64,000 nt of DNA from an uncultured Dehalococcoidia bacterium (GCA_964513735.1 CAZENU010000002.1:24173-88172), one strand, 5' to 3'. Counted from the stretch's first letter, positions 34,857 through 44,414 are shown. Numbers and translations: made by a program. Notes: generated from the sequence alone by a model not told the origin.

Positions 34857-36455
34857 ATGACGAGAATGACGGGCGGAGAGGCGCTGGTCCAGTCGCTTGT
34901 GCGGCACGGCGTCGAGGTGGTGTTCGGCGTGCCGGGCTACCAACTCTATCACGCCACCGACGCCCTCCACGGCGAGCCCAATATCAGGTACATAACCACC
35001 CGCCACGAGCAGGCCGCAGCCTACATGGCCTACGGCTACTCCCGCACCGGCGGGGGCACGGGCACGGCGATGGTGGTGCCCGGTCCCGGTCTGCTCAACG
35101 CCACTGCGGCCATTGGCACCGCCTACTCGGCATCAACTTCCATGCTGGTGGTGTCCGGCCAGATCCCGAGAGAATTTCAGGGATTCAACCGCGGCGAGCT
35201 ACATGAGGTCGACGACCAGCTCGACTGCGTACGACCCATCACCAAGTGGGCGGCCCGCATCGACGACCCGCGGCGCATTCCCGACGCGGTCCAGGAGGCG
35301 TTCCGACACCTCAGCACCGGCAGGCCAAGGCCCGTGGAGATCGAGATGCCGCTGGACACCCTGGAGGAGGCTGCGGACATCGATCTGCCGGTGCCGGTGC
35401 AACACCCGCGTCAGGCGCCCGCCCGCGACAGCGTCGCGGAAGCGGCGCGCCTGCTTGCCGCGGCCAGGCGACCCGTGATCTGGGCCGGTGGCGGCGTATT
35501 CTCCTCCCGTGCCTCCGGGCAGCTCGAACGGCTGGCGGAGTACCTCCAGGCCCCGGTCGTGGCCAGCTACGAGGGCCGGGGCTCTATCTCGGACCGAAGC
35601 TACCTGTCCCTGGGTGCGCCCAACCTCCGCCGCGACAGGCTAGACGACTTCCTCGACGAGTGTGACGTAGTCCTGGCCGTGGGCACCAGGCTGGCGCGGA
35701 CGAGCTTCCAGCGCCAGACGCTCGTCCAGATCGACGTCGACCCGGACGAGATCGGCAGGAACTACCAGGACAACACCGTCGGCGTCCTGGGCGACGCCGC
35801 GTTGACGCTGGACGTCCTTCGCGCGGCGCTGGAGGCCACGGGGCCGGCGAGGCCCGTTCGCCGCGAGGAGTTCGAGGCCATCAAGGCCGAGCGCAGCGAC
35901 CCAGCGAACCAGATCGAGCCCCAAGGCTCCTTCGTCCAGGCCATCCGCGCCGCGATGCCCGACGACGGCATCCTAGTGCCCGACGAGACTCAGATAGGCT
36001 ACTACAGCCGCAGCTTCTTCCCTGTGTACACGCCCGGCACCTTCGTCACCTCGTCGTACTTCGGCAACCTGGGATACGGGTTCCCGACGGCGCTCGGCGC
36101 CAAGGTCGCCTGGCCCGACCGGGTCGTCGTTTCGATCTCTGGGGACGGCGGCTTCATGTTCAACGTCCAGGAGCTGGCGACGGCCGCCATGCACCGCATC
36201 AACGTCGTGGCCATCGTGTTCAACGACAACGCCTTCGGGAACGTGATGCGCTCTCAGATCCACCAGTTCGACGGCCGCGTCGTCGGCTCCGAGCTCGAGA
36301 ACCCGGACTTCGTTAAGCTCGGGCAGGCCTTCGGCGTGCGTAGCGTCAGAGTGCACGAGCCTGACGAGCTGACCGCCGCGATCACGGATGCCACCGCCAT
36401 CGAGGCCCCGTCGCTGATCGAGGTGCCGGTGGAGATGATGCCGGACCCGCTATAG
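34857..36455 (+). CDS. ThDP-binding enzyme, acetolactate-synthase-like large subunit family
   Basis: 532 aa. The N-terminal PYR domain has GVPGYQL...RHEQAAAYMAYGY and the C-terminal ThDP motif is GDGGFMFNVQELATAAMHRINVVAIVFNDNAFG. Confidence 0.9.
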   Translation: MTRMTGGEALVQSLVRHGVEVVFGVPGYQLYHATDALHGEPNIRYITTRHEQAAAYMAYGYSRTGGGTGTAMVVPGPGLLNATAAIGTAYSASTSMLVVSGQIPREFQGFNRGELHEVDDQLDCVRPITKWAARIDDPRRIPDAVQEAFRHLSTGRPRPVEIEMPLDTLEEAADIDLPVPVQHPRQAPARDSVAEAARLLAAARRPVIWAGGGVFSSRASGQLERLAEYLQAPVVASYEGRGSISDRSYLSLGAPNLRRDRLDDFLDECDVVLAVGTRLARTSFQRQTLVQIDVDPDEIGRNYQDNTVGVLGDAALTLDVLRAALEATGPARPVRREEFEAIKAERSDPANQIEPQGSFVQAIRAAMPDDGILVPDETQIGYYSRSFFPVYTPGTFVTSSYFGNLGYGFPTALGAKVAWPDRVVVSISGDGGFMFNVQELATAAMHRINVVAIVFNDNAFGNVMRSQIHQFDGRVVGSELENPDFVKLGQAFGVRSVRVHEPDELTAAITDATAIEAPSLIEVPVEMMPDPL

Positions 36456-36542
36456 GTCGCAGCGGTCTGCTCTATCTCCTGGTCGCCCAAGTCTCCTCCT
36501 GAGCGCTCGGGCCAGCCGGCGGCTGCAAAGTCGTCCTTGGAT

Positions 36543-36881
36543 TCAGGCCTCGCCTTTGCGGCTGTAGAGCAGGCCACGGACCCAGACGTCGCGTGACTTG
36601 AGGTCTACGAACAGCTCGCCGCTCTGAAGAGCATGCCCTTCCTTCCCCAGGCGCGTCCCGTTGACGTATGTGCCGTTCCGGTTGTCCAGATCGCGGATGA
36701 TGAACCTGTCCGTTTCCGTCACGATCTGGGCGTGCATGAGCGATACGTAGGGGTTGTCAAGGAAGACGTCGGCGATCGGCGAAGCGCCCTGCATGAAAAT
36801 CTACTGGTCCAGCGGGATGACCCGGACCCCCAGGACGCCCCGTTCAACCAGCAGCATCGACACCCACTCTTCGGTCGTCAT
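36543..36881 (-). pseudogene. small FHA-domain protein interrupted by an in-frame TAG (36801-36803)
   Basis: The ATG at 36881 has an AGGGGG Shine-Dalgarno 7 nt upstream. It reads MTTEEWVSMLLVERGVLGVRVIPLDQ-TAG-IFMQGASPIADVFLDNPYVSLMHAQI..., a single frame and a continuous FHA pattern. Confidence 0.6.
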
Positions 36882-37051
36882 CAGTCGCCCCCTGGTGAGT
36901 GATAACGTTGCCGAGGTGGCAGTCGCATTCTATCTCTCGCAACCTGAAGCGGCAAGTGACCCCTGGCACGAGGCACCGTTGTCAGGCTTCCGTCAGGGTC
37001 GCGGAAGGGATGCGTCAGGCTATCGGGGTTGCCGTCTCATACGATCCTGGC

Positions 37052-37345
37052 ATGAGTAACTCAACTGCGCTCCGAGCGGACACGACCATGCTAACGTTCA
37101 ACGGTTGTCCCAGATGCAGAGGAACGGTCCTCGACTACACTGCCCGCGCGGACAAAGACGCCCTGTGTGTCATCTGCGGTTGGCGGCGACCGAACATCCC
37201 GCCGGACGTACCGGCCTACGTCGACGAGCACCCCTGGAAGCCGCGGCTGCGCGAGCGCTACGAGCGGACCACCATCGGCACCGGCAAACCGCCACTGGGC
37301 GGGTGGGAGCGACTCAAGCGCCTGAGGCACCCTAAGACCGCGTAG
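37052..37345 (+). CDS. small Zn-ribbon protein (CPRC...CVIC)
   Basis: 97 aa from ATG 37052, with two CxxC knuckles 17 residues apart and a basic C-terminus. Confidence 0.5.
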   Translation: MSNSTALRADTTMLTFNGCPRCRGTVLDYTARADKDALCVICGWRRPNIPPDVPAYVDEHPWKPRLRERYERTTIGTGKPPLGGWERLKRLRHPKTA

Positions 37346-37656
37346 GCGACTCGATGCGGTCCGGAATCGGGGGAATGATGCGCGAGGTCGCCCTCGACGA
37401 GACCACCACCCGACTCCTTGAGGCATTTATGCAGCCGGGAGAGACGATCTGCACCGCCATTCGGCGCGCGTTGAGGCTCGCATACGGCGACCGTGGGGCG
37501 CCGCCACCGACGTGGCTGTCTAGGAGCATCGCGGTCTGGCTGGAGTTCAAGGGGTTGGAATCCGACGGGGGTCGCCCTTCGGCTGGCGTCGCATACCCTG
37601 AACAACTGAGAAATGGTCCGCGTGACCACGGCCGGCCGCGCCGGAAACGCTTCTCG

Positions 37657-38664
37657 TTAATTGTAGCCGTCGGCGCGAATGCAGGCCACCCAGTGGTCCT
37701 TGCCAATCTCCCTGAGCTCCGGCATTTCGAGCTTGCACTCGTCAATGGCTATGGGGCACCGGGTGTGGAACACGCAGCCCTGCGGAGGATTCATGGGGCT
37801 GGGCACTTCTCCCTTCAGCACCATGTACTCTCGTCCGGCCTCGACCGCCGGGTCGGGAATGGGGATCGCGGACAGCAGTGCCTTGGTGTACGGGTGCAGG
37901 GGGTTCTCGTACAACTCGGTGCGGTCGGCGATCTCGACGATATGGCCCAGGTACATGACCGCCACGCGGTCGCTGATGTGGCGGACCACCGACAGGTCGT
38001 GGGCGATGAAGAGGTAGGTCAGCCCAAAAACCTCCTGAAGCTCCTCCAGCAGGTTGATCACCTGGGCCTGGATCGAGACGTCCAGGGCCGACACGGGCTC
38101 GTCGCAGACGATGAAAGCGGGGTTCGACGCTAGGGCCCGGGCCAGGCCGATGCGCTGCCGCTGACCTCCGCTGAACTCGTGGGGGTACCGGTCGGCCATG
38201 TACGGGTTGAGGCCGACGACGCCGAGCAGCTCGGCGACTCTGTCCCTGTACTCTCCCTTGCCGTCGGTGAGCTTGTGTACGATCAGCGGCTCGCCGATGA
38301 TGTCGCCGCAGGTCATCCTGGGGTTCAGCGACCCGTAGGGGTCCTGGAAGACGATCTGCATTCGCCGCCGGACGAGCCTCATTCCCCGGGAGCTCAGATC
38401 GCTCAGCATCTGCCCCTCGAAGATGACGTCGCCGGCCGTGGGATCGTATAGCTGGAGGATGCACCGGGCGACAGTCGTCTTGCCGGAGCCGCTCTCGCCC
38501 ACCAGGCCCAGCGTCTCGCCGCGCCTGATGAAGAAGCTGACGTCGTCGACCGCCTTGATCTCGGCCACCTGCTTCTGGAAGATCGCACCAGAGGTGACCG
38601 AGAAGTACATCCGCAGGTGGCGGACCTGCAACAGGATGTCCTCGCCGGTCTGTGTCTGAATCAA
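37657..38664 (-). CDS. oligopeptide/dipeptide-type ABC transporter ATP-binding protein (OppF/DppF-like)
   Basis: Walker [10 protein letters not shown], signature FSGGQRQR, Walker [12 protein letters not shown], and a Cys-containing Opp C-terminal extension. Confidence 0.9.
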   Translation of the reverse strand: MIQTQTGEDILLQVRHLRMYFSVTSGAIFQKQVAEIKAVDDVSFFIRRGETLGLVGESGSGKTTVARCILQLYDPTAGDVIFEGQMLSDLSSRGMRLVRRRMQIVFQDPYGSLNPRMTCGDIIGEPLIVHKLTDGKGEYRDRVAELLGVVGLNPYMADRYPHEFSGGQRQRIGLARALASNPAFIVCDEPVSALDVSIQAQVINLLEELQEVFGLTYLFIAHDLSVVRHISDRVAVMYLGHIVEIADRTELYENPLHPYTKALLSAIPIPDPAVEAGREYMVLKGEVPSPMNPPQGCVFHTRCPIAIDECKLEMPELREIGKDHWVACIRADGYN

Positions 38665-39674
38665 GAGCCGGCCCCCTGGGTTACCGTGGACTTAATCTCG
38701 TGTAGCTCCACCCCCCTCCAGCACGCGGACAAGTGTGTGTCCTCGGTCGCCATGAGCTGGGGCACCTCCTGAAGGCATCGGTCGATGACGTACTTGCATC
38801 GTGGAGCGAACCTGCACTCTTCAGGCATGTCGATCAGGTCCGGAGGCATCCCCTCGATTGTCTCCAGCTTGGTCCCTTCCGGCTCGTCCAAACGGGGCAC
38901 GGACCTGAGCAGGCCGAGGGTGTAGGGGTGCCTGGGGTCGGCGTATATCTGCCTGGCTTCCCCGGTCTCGGCGATCTTGCCCGCGTACATCACGATGACG
39001 TGGGAGGCGTAGCGTGCGATGATTCCCAGGTTGTGGGTGATAAGTATCAGCGCCATCCCGAGCTGCGTGGTCAGCGACCGCATGAGCTCGAGGATCTGCG
39101 CCTGGATGGTGACGTCCAACGCCGTGGTCGGCTCGTCGGCCAGTATCAGGCGTGGGTTGCAGCTTATGGCCATTGCGATCATCACGCGCTGGCTCATTCC
39201 TCCGCTGAGCTGGTGTGGGTAGTCCTCGAGGAGGCGTTCGGCATCGGGGATCCCAACCATGCCGAGCAGCTCGCGGGCCCTCTTGTGCGCGTCGGGCCTG
39301 TTCATGCCAAGATGGAGCTCCAGCGTCTCGGTGAGCTGCCGACCGATGGTCAGCACCGGGTTAAGCGACGTCATCGGCTCCTGGAAGATCATCGACATCC
39401 GGTTGCCGCGTACCCGCCTCATCCGGGAGTTGCTCAGCTTGAGCAGGTCCTGGCCGTCGAAGATGACCTCCCCGCTTACGATCTTGCCCGGCGGGCTGGC
39501 GATGAGCCGCATTATCGAAAGGGCGCTGACCGTCTTGCCGCAGCCGCTCTCACCGACGATGCCAATGATCTCGCCCTCGTTGATGTCGTAGCTGATGCCG
39601 TCGACCGCCCTCACGACGCCGTCCTGGGTCGTGAACTCCGTGACCAGGTCTCTGACTTCGAGCAGTTTGGCCAT
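38661..39674 (-). CDS. oligopeptide/dipeptide-type ABC transporter ATP-binding protein (OppD/DppD-like)
   Basis: Walker [10 protein letters not shown], signature LSGGMSQR, Walker [12 protein letters not shown]. It has a 4-nt overlap with the downstream ATPase gene. Confidence 0.9.
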   Translation of the reverse strand: MAKLLEVRDLVTEFTTQDGVVRAVDGISYDINEGEIIGIVGESGCGKTVSALSIMRLIASPPGKIVSGEVIFDGQDLLKLSNSRMRRVRGNRMSMIFQEPMTSLNPVLTIGRQLTETLELHLGMNRPDAHKRARELLGMVGIPDAERLLEDYPHQLSGGMSQRVMIAMAISCNPRLILADEPTTALDVTIQAQILELMRSLTTQLGMALILITHNLGIIARYASHVIVMYAGKIAETGEARQIYADPRHPYTLGLLRSVPRLDEPEGTKLETIEGMPPDLIDMPEECRFAPRCKYVIDRCLQEVPQLMATEDTHLSACWRGVELHEIKSTVTQGAGS

Positions 39675-39742
39675 GTAGCGGTACCCTCCTCACCCTGACA
39701 ACTAAAGGCCACCGCCCCAATTCGGCGCCGGCCGACTCAGCG

Positions 39743-39771
39743 ATTGTAGTCCATGGCCTTTGCCGCTTCAA
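39743..39771 (-). promoter_or_regulatory. candidate sigma70-type promoter (TTGAAG-17-TACAAT) for the ATPase pair
   Basis: The minus strand reads ttgaag cggcaaaggccatggac tacaat. A GAGGAGGG Shine-Dalgarno lies before the ATG at 39674. Confidence 0.4.
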
Positions 39772-39785
39772 TACGTGCCGCAGCC

Positions 39786-40430
39786 TCATTGCAGATGCGA
39801 TGCGTCGTTGAAGCGGCTGATCCGGAAGTACGTCCCGACCAGCCGGTGCTCGCCGTCCAAGGGCCAGCGCTCCTTGTCTATGCTGAAGTCGAACACCCCC
39901 GTGTTGTGCACAGTCGTGCCCCAGGTGCGATCGGTCCCCAGCAGCACGGCAAGGATGTGCTGCAAGATGCCACCGTGGGTAACCATGACCACCGTATCGC
40001 CGTCGTAGTGGCCGCCGAGAGCGCGCTCAACGACCCTTTCGGCGCGGGCCCGGCGGGCCCGGAGCGGCTCTGCTCCCTCAACGTCGGCAAGCTGCCTGGT
40101 CCAGGCGTGCTCCAGGTCTAGGTCCGGGTACTTGACGGCGATCTCCTCGTCGTTCAGCCCCGACAGGATGCCGATGTCGTACTCCATCAGGTCGTCCATG
40201 TAGGCGACCTCGACAGGCCAGCGGCGCGCCAGTACCGCGGCCGTCTGCCTCGTCCTCATCAAGGGGCTGGCGTAGACATGAGTCGGCTCGAAGCCGTCGC
40301 GGTGAAACTGCCGGGAGAGTTGCTCGGCCTGGGCCTCCCCGAGCCCGGACAGTGGGTGCTCGGAGTGCCCCTGATAGCGTCCCTCGGCGTTGGCGGTCGA
40401 CTCGGCGTGGCGGACGAAAATAAGCTTCAT
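39786..40430 (-). CDS. histidine phosphatase family protein (phosphoglycerate-mutase-like)
   Basis: 214 aa from ATG 40430. It has the RHG-type motif LIFVRHAESTANAEGRYQG and a later THGG. Confidence 0.85.
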   Translation of the reverse strand: MKLIFVRHAESTANAEGRYQGHSEHPLSGLGEAQAEQLSRQFHRDGFEPTHVYASPLMRTRQTAAVLARRWPVEVAYMDDLMEYDIGILSGLNDEEIAVKYPDLDLEHAWTRQLADVEGAEPLRARRARAERVVERALGGHYDGDTVVMVTHGGILQHILAVLLGTDRTWGTTVHNTGVFDFSIDKERWPLDGEHRLVGTYFRISRFNDASHLQ

Positions 40431-40682
40431 TTGTCTGCACTCCACACGTTGGGATTTCGGATACAACTCTGGTGGTCTATTCTAGCGTCTTGGCAAGGGT
40501 GGCAGGTCACGTGTGGTCGCGCCTGCTCACGATGAGGTGGAGATGTATAATTCCGTGACCAGTCTGTCCGTTTATTGGTCAGTAGTTTTCAGCCACGCGC
40601 GGTCCAAATCTCTTATACTTATAGACAGTATGGACGAAAGCCGCTAGCCCGGTTTTCGAAACCCAGCAAAGAGAAGGGTGAG

Positions 40683-41813
40683 ATGGGAGATACCGTGGTC
40701 GGGCCGGGGGTAGCCGGGAGCCAGTCGACCTACAGGTCCGCAGGGGTCGATACGGCTGCTCAAGACGCCGCGTTGTCGTCTTTGGCGCAGCGGCTAAGGG
40801 GCACGTGGAGCAACCACGGCAGGCCAAGCCTCGACTTCGGTCACTATGCCAACATCATCACGATGGGTCCGGTCGGCGTCGCCATCTCCACGGACGGCAT
40901 CGGAACAAAGGCCCTTATCGCCCAACTCATGGACAAGTACGACACCGTTGGGATCGACTGTGTCGCCATGAACGTCAACGACGTTCTCTGCGTCGGCGCG
41001 GTGCCCCAGACGATGGTCGACTACATCGCCGTCGAGCGAATCGACCCCCGCGTTCTTACAGGGATCGGCAAGGGTCTTGCCGATGGTGCATCGCAGGCCG
41101 GCATCTCCATTATCGGCGGCGAGACCGCGCAGCTCCCGGAAGTCATCCGCGGAGAGAAAGATGGCGGCGGCTTCGATCTGGCGGGTACCTGCCTCGGTCT
41201 CGTGCGCCCCGAGGGGGCGATCACCGGCAGCCGGGTTGAGGCAGGTGACACGATCATTGGCTTGCGAAGCTCAGGGATACACAGCAACGGCCTGACTCTG
41301 GCGCGGGCTGCGTTCGGACTCACCTCTGCCAAGCCCTTGTCAGAACGGCGGCGGATCGCCGCTGAGTACTATACTGAGCTCGGGTCGATGTTGGGTGAAG
41401 AGCTGCTGAGGCCGACGCGCATCTACGTATCCGAGGTGTTGGCGCTTCTGGATGAGGGTGTTGACGTCAGGGGACTCGCCCACATGACCACCGACGGTTT
41501 CTTGAATCTCCCGCGGCTGGAGGCGGATGCCGGATACGTCATCGACGCTCTACCTGAACCTCATCCGATTTTCGCCATGATTCAGGACCTCGGCGATGTG
41601 TCGGATGCGGAGATGTACGAGGTCTTCAATATGGGGATCGGTATGTGCGTCATCGTTCCCGGCGGAGAGGCCGCGGCGGCGCTTGACGTCCTGGCGAAGC
41701 TCCAGCAAGAAGCGTCGGCCATCGGACACGTCGTCGCCGACGCCCAGAGGACCGTGGACATCACCCCGCGGCGGCTCCGGGGCCGGCGCCACGACGGACT
41801 CGCGTCCTACTAG
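40683..41813 (+). CDS. purM: phosphoribosylformylglycinamidine cyclo-ligase (AIR synthase)
   Basis: 376 aa from ATG 40683 with an AGAAGGGTGAG Shine-Dalgarno. Motifs: YRSAGVD, GTDGIGTK, DCVAMNVNDVLCVGA. Confidence 0.9.
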   Translation: MGDTVVGPGVAGSQSTYRSAGVDTAAQDAALSSLAQRLRGTWSNHGRPSLDFGHYANIITMGPVGVAISTDGIGTKALIAQLMDKYDTVGIDCVAMNVNDVLCVGAVPQTMVDYIAVERIDPRVLTGIGKGLADGASQAGISIIGGETAQLPEVIRGEKDGGGFDLAGTCLGLVRPEGAITGSRVEAGDTIIGLRSSGIHSNGLTLARAAFGLTSAKPLSERRRIAAEYYTELGSMLGEELLRPTRIYVSEVLALLDEGVDVRGLAHMTTDGFLNLPRLEADAGYVIDALPEPHPIFAMIQDLGDVSDAEMYEVFNMGIGMCVIVPGGEAAAALDVLAKLQQEASAIGHVVADAQRTVDITPRRLRGRRHDGLASY

Positions 41814-41818
41814 TCCCA

Positions 41819-42988
41819 TCACGGCGCTGCAGGCGCGATGTTGCCCTCGTCGTCGGCCTCGAGCAGAGCGAAGAAGTCGTAGCCGCGCCTCCTGACCTCG
41901 TCGCTCCCGCCCTGCCGCCGGTCCAGGATGCACAGCACCTTCACCACCTGGCTCCCCGCCTGCTCTACGGCATCGATTGCGTGGAGCAGGCTGCCCCCCG
42001 TGCTGCATGTGTCGTCCACCACCGCAACTCTGGTCCCGGGGGTCAGCCGTCCCTCGATCAGCCGCCCGGTACCGTGCTCCTTGGCCTTCGCCCTGACGAT
42101 CAGCGCCGAGATCGGATTGCCTTTGAGGTGGCTGACGGTGGCGATAGAGGCCACGATGGGGTCGGCACCAACCGAGGGACCGGCTATCGCCTGCGCGCCG
42201 CACCCTACAAGGACCGGATAGAACGCCGTCGCGACCCTGTAGGACCCTTCGGGGTCCAGCGTCACCAGACGCCCGTCGAAATAGTAGCTACTGGTGCCTC
42301 CGGAGGTCAGGGTGAACTCGCCGAACCGCAGCGCACCGATCTCGGTGGCCAACTCCAAGATTCCGGCAGCGGTCGAACCTGCCATGGTCGCGCTCCCTCC
42401 CTCCAGGTAGAGCCCGTGGTCGCGGATGTACTGCTCGACAGGCTCCGGCACGAGGTCGGCGATGGACAGCCCGTCGCCGGTCCGCCGCCTGACCTCTGTG
42501 CTGCTTACGTCCAGAAGCGGCCCACCGACCTGCCTCACGGCCTCCGACGCCCCCACCGCCGCCTCCTCCAGCGCGTCAAGGTCCAGGCCGGCCGCTCCAG
42601 GCCTCACGATCGCTACAGGGTCGCAGAGCTCGAGGACGCGTTCGGGCCGGTGCCATGCTCCGAGCTGGTTCAGCGCATCGGTGCCCACCAGCAGGAAGAG
42701 GATCCTGCCCGGCGCAAGCGCCTCCAGCGTGTCTACGGTATAGCTCGGCCCGGCTCGCCGAATCTCGACGTCGGACACGCTGAAACCGTCGTGAGGGCCG
42801 ACCGCCAGACGCACCATCTCAAGCCGCTGGGCCCCGGACGCCACCGGCGGCCGCGTTTTGAGTCGAGGTTGACCTGCCGGGACGAAGAGCACCTCGTCGA
42901 GCCCGACCGCCTCTTGTGCGATTCGTGCCGCGATGAGATGCCCAAGGTGGACCGGGTCGAAGGTGCCACCGAGCAGCCCGACCCTCAC
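41819..42988 (-). CDS. nadD/pyrE: fusion protein: nicotinate-nucleotide adenylyltransferase (NadD) N-domain + orotate phosphoribosyltransferase (PyrE) C-domain
   Basis: Residues 1-201 contain GGTFDPVHLGHL (the NadD HxGH motif). Residues 202-389 contain FGEFTLTSGGTSSYYFD and the PRPP loop VAVVDDTCSTGGS. No stop codon separates them. Confidence 0.85.
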   Translation of the reverse strand: MRVGLLGGTFDPVHLGHLIAARIAQEAVGLDEVLFVPAGQPRLKTRPPVASGAQRLEMVRLAVGPHDGFSVSDVEIRRAGPSYTVDTLEALAPGRILFLLVGTDALNQLGAWHRPERVLELCDPVAIVRPGAAGLDLDALEEAAVGASEAVRQVGGPLLDVSSTEVRRRTGDGLSIADLVPEPVEQYIRDHGLYLEGGSATMAGSTAAGILELATEIGALRFGEFTLTSGGTSSYYFDGRLVTLDPEGSYRVATAFYPVLVGCGAQAIAGPSVGADPIVASIATVSHLKGNPISALIVRAKAKEHGTGRLIEGRLTPGTRVAVVDDTCSTGGSLLHAIDAVEQAGSQVVKVLCILDRRQGGSDEVRRRGYDFFALLEADDEGNIAPAAP

Positions 42989-42989
42989 C

Positions 42990-44249
42990 CTATTCCCATT
43001 CCAGCTCAGTCTTGCCTATCTTCACCCTGTCCCCAGCCCTAGCGCCCGCCTTCTCCAAGGCCGAAACCACGCCCAGCCTTCTAAGCTGCTCCATGAGCTG
43101 GGTCTGAGCGTGCCAGTCGCTTGAGTCGACCATTGCAGCGATCCTCTCAGCCGAGCGCAGGGCGACGACGTATACTCCCTCGATCCTGCTCACCTCAACG
43201 CCCCGGTCTACCGGCCTGGGGCGAAGCACGGGGATCCCATCCCCCTCCGGCGCCTTGGCCGCTTCCTCCCGAGCGGACGCCAGCGTCCCGGCCACATCGT
43301 CCAGCAGGCCGTCCAGCCCTCGCCTGGCAAGTGCCGAGATGCAGTGCACCCTGTGCCCGCCGAGCTTCGGCCTCAGGACGTCGCTCTTCTCCTCTACTCC
43401 TTCAAGGTCGGCTTTGTTGACAGCAACGATCTCGGGCTTAGTGGAGAGGCTCTCATTGAACATCCCTATCTCAGAGCGTATCCGCAGGTACTCGCCAAGG
43501 CTGTCATCCTGTTCACCGTCGATAAGGTGGATGAGCACCTTGGTCCTCTGGATGTGCCTGAGGAAGTCGTGCCCGAGGCCCGCGCCCGTATGGGCCCCCT
43601 CTATCAGCCCTGGGATGTCGACCATCACGAAGCTCTCGTATCCGATCTCCACAGTGCCGAGGGCGGGCTCTATTGTCGTGAACGGGTAGCCAGCCACCTT
43701 TGGGCTCGCCCCACTAACGGCGGCCAGCAGGCTAGACTTCCCTGCATTGGGCGCGCCCACGATCCCAACGTCCGCCAGGAGCTTCAGCTCCAACCGCAGT
43801 GTCAGACTCTCTCCTGGATCGCCCCCTTCGGCAAGCACCGGGTATCGGTTCGTAGGTGAGGTGAAGCGGGTATTCCCTCTACCTCCACGCCCTCCGCGTG
43901 CGATCACTATCCGCACCCCATCCTCCCAGAGGTCAGCTACTCGTTGCCCTTCGCCGTTGTTGCTCCAGACCTCCGTGCCGACGGGCACCTCTATCTCAAG
44001 GTGCGCCCCCCGCGCGCCATGGCGCTTCTTCCCCGATCCATGGCCCCCGTTCTCTGCCGTGAATAGCCGTCTGTAGCGGAACTCACTTAGTGTACTTATC
44101 CCGCCCGATGAGCGCATAACCACCGACCCGCCCTCACCACCATCCCCACCATCCGGTCCTCCACGAGGGACATACTTCTCCCGCCGGCCACTGACACTTC
44201 CGTTGCCCCCATTTCCACTGGTGACTTGGATAGTTGCTTGATCTATCAT
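42990..44249 (-). CDS. obg: GTPase Obg/CgtA
   Basis: Gly-rich Obg fold (GGPDGGDGGEGG), G-domain GAPNAGKSS and DIPGLIEGA, and a C-terminal OCT/TGS-like domain. The homologous start is ATG 44249 (MIDQATIQV); the ORF maximum is 44270. Confidence 0.9.
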   Translation of the reverse strand: MIDQATIQVTSGNGGNGSVSGRREKYVPRGGPDGGDGGEGGSVVMRSSGGISTLSEFRYRRLFTAENGGHGSGKKRHGARGAHLEIEVPVGTEVWSNNGEGQRVADLWEDGVRIVIARGGRGGRGNTRFTSPTNRYPVLAEGGDPGESLTLRLELKLLADVGIVGAPNAGKSSLLAAVSGASPKVAGYPFTTIEPALGTVEIGYESFVMVDIPGLIEGAHTGAGLGHDFLRHIQRTKVLIHLIDGEQDDSLGEYLRIRSEIGMFNESLSTKPEIVAVNKADLEGVEEKSDVLRPKLGGHRVHCISALARRGLDGLLDDVAGTLASAREEAAKAPEGDGIPVLRPRPVDRGVEVSRIEGVYVVALRSAERIAAMVDSSDWHAQTQLMEQLRRLGVVSALEKAGARAGDRVKIGKTELEWE

Positions 44250-44414
44250 TTTGAAGAGTATAACAGCCATCTATAATAAGGCTGGGGATCTTATGGATAT
44301 CTGGTCTCCAGGGCTTCGTGGACTGGAGGACGATGGTTCATAGGGAGGGGATTCTTATGGGCAACAAGCGGTGCGAAGGTGGGTAATGTTGGGAGGGCGG
44401 AGTTAAGGGAATAG

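Noticed and set aside
40467-40682. An AT-richer leader of about 130 nt upstream of purM, with a TATAAT at about 40545. I considered it as a purine or ZTP riboswitch.
   Set aside because: I could not find the conserved purine-riboswitch junction and loop nucleotides or the ZTP pseudoknot consensus (GGGUCGUGA ... CCGCCUGGGC) by eye. It needs a covariance-model scan before any claim.
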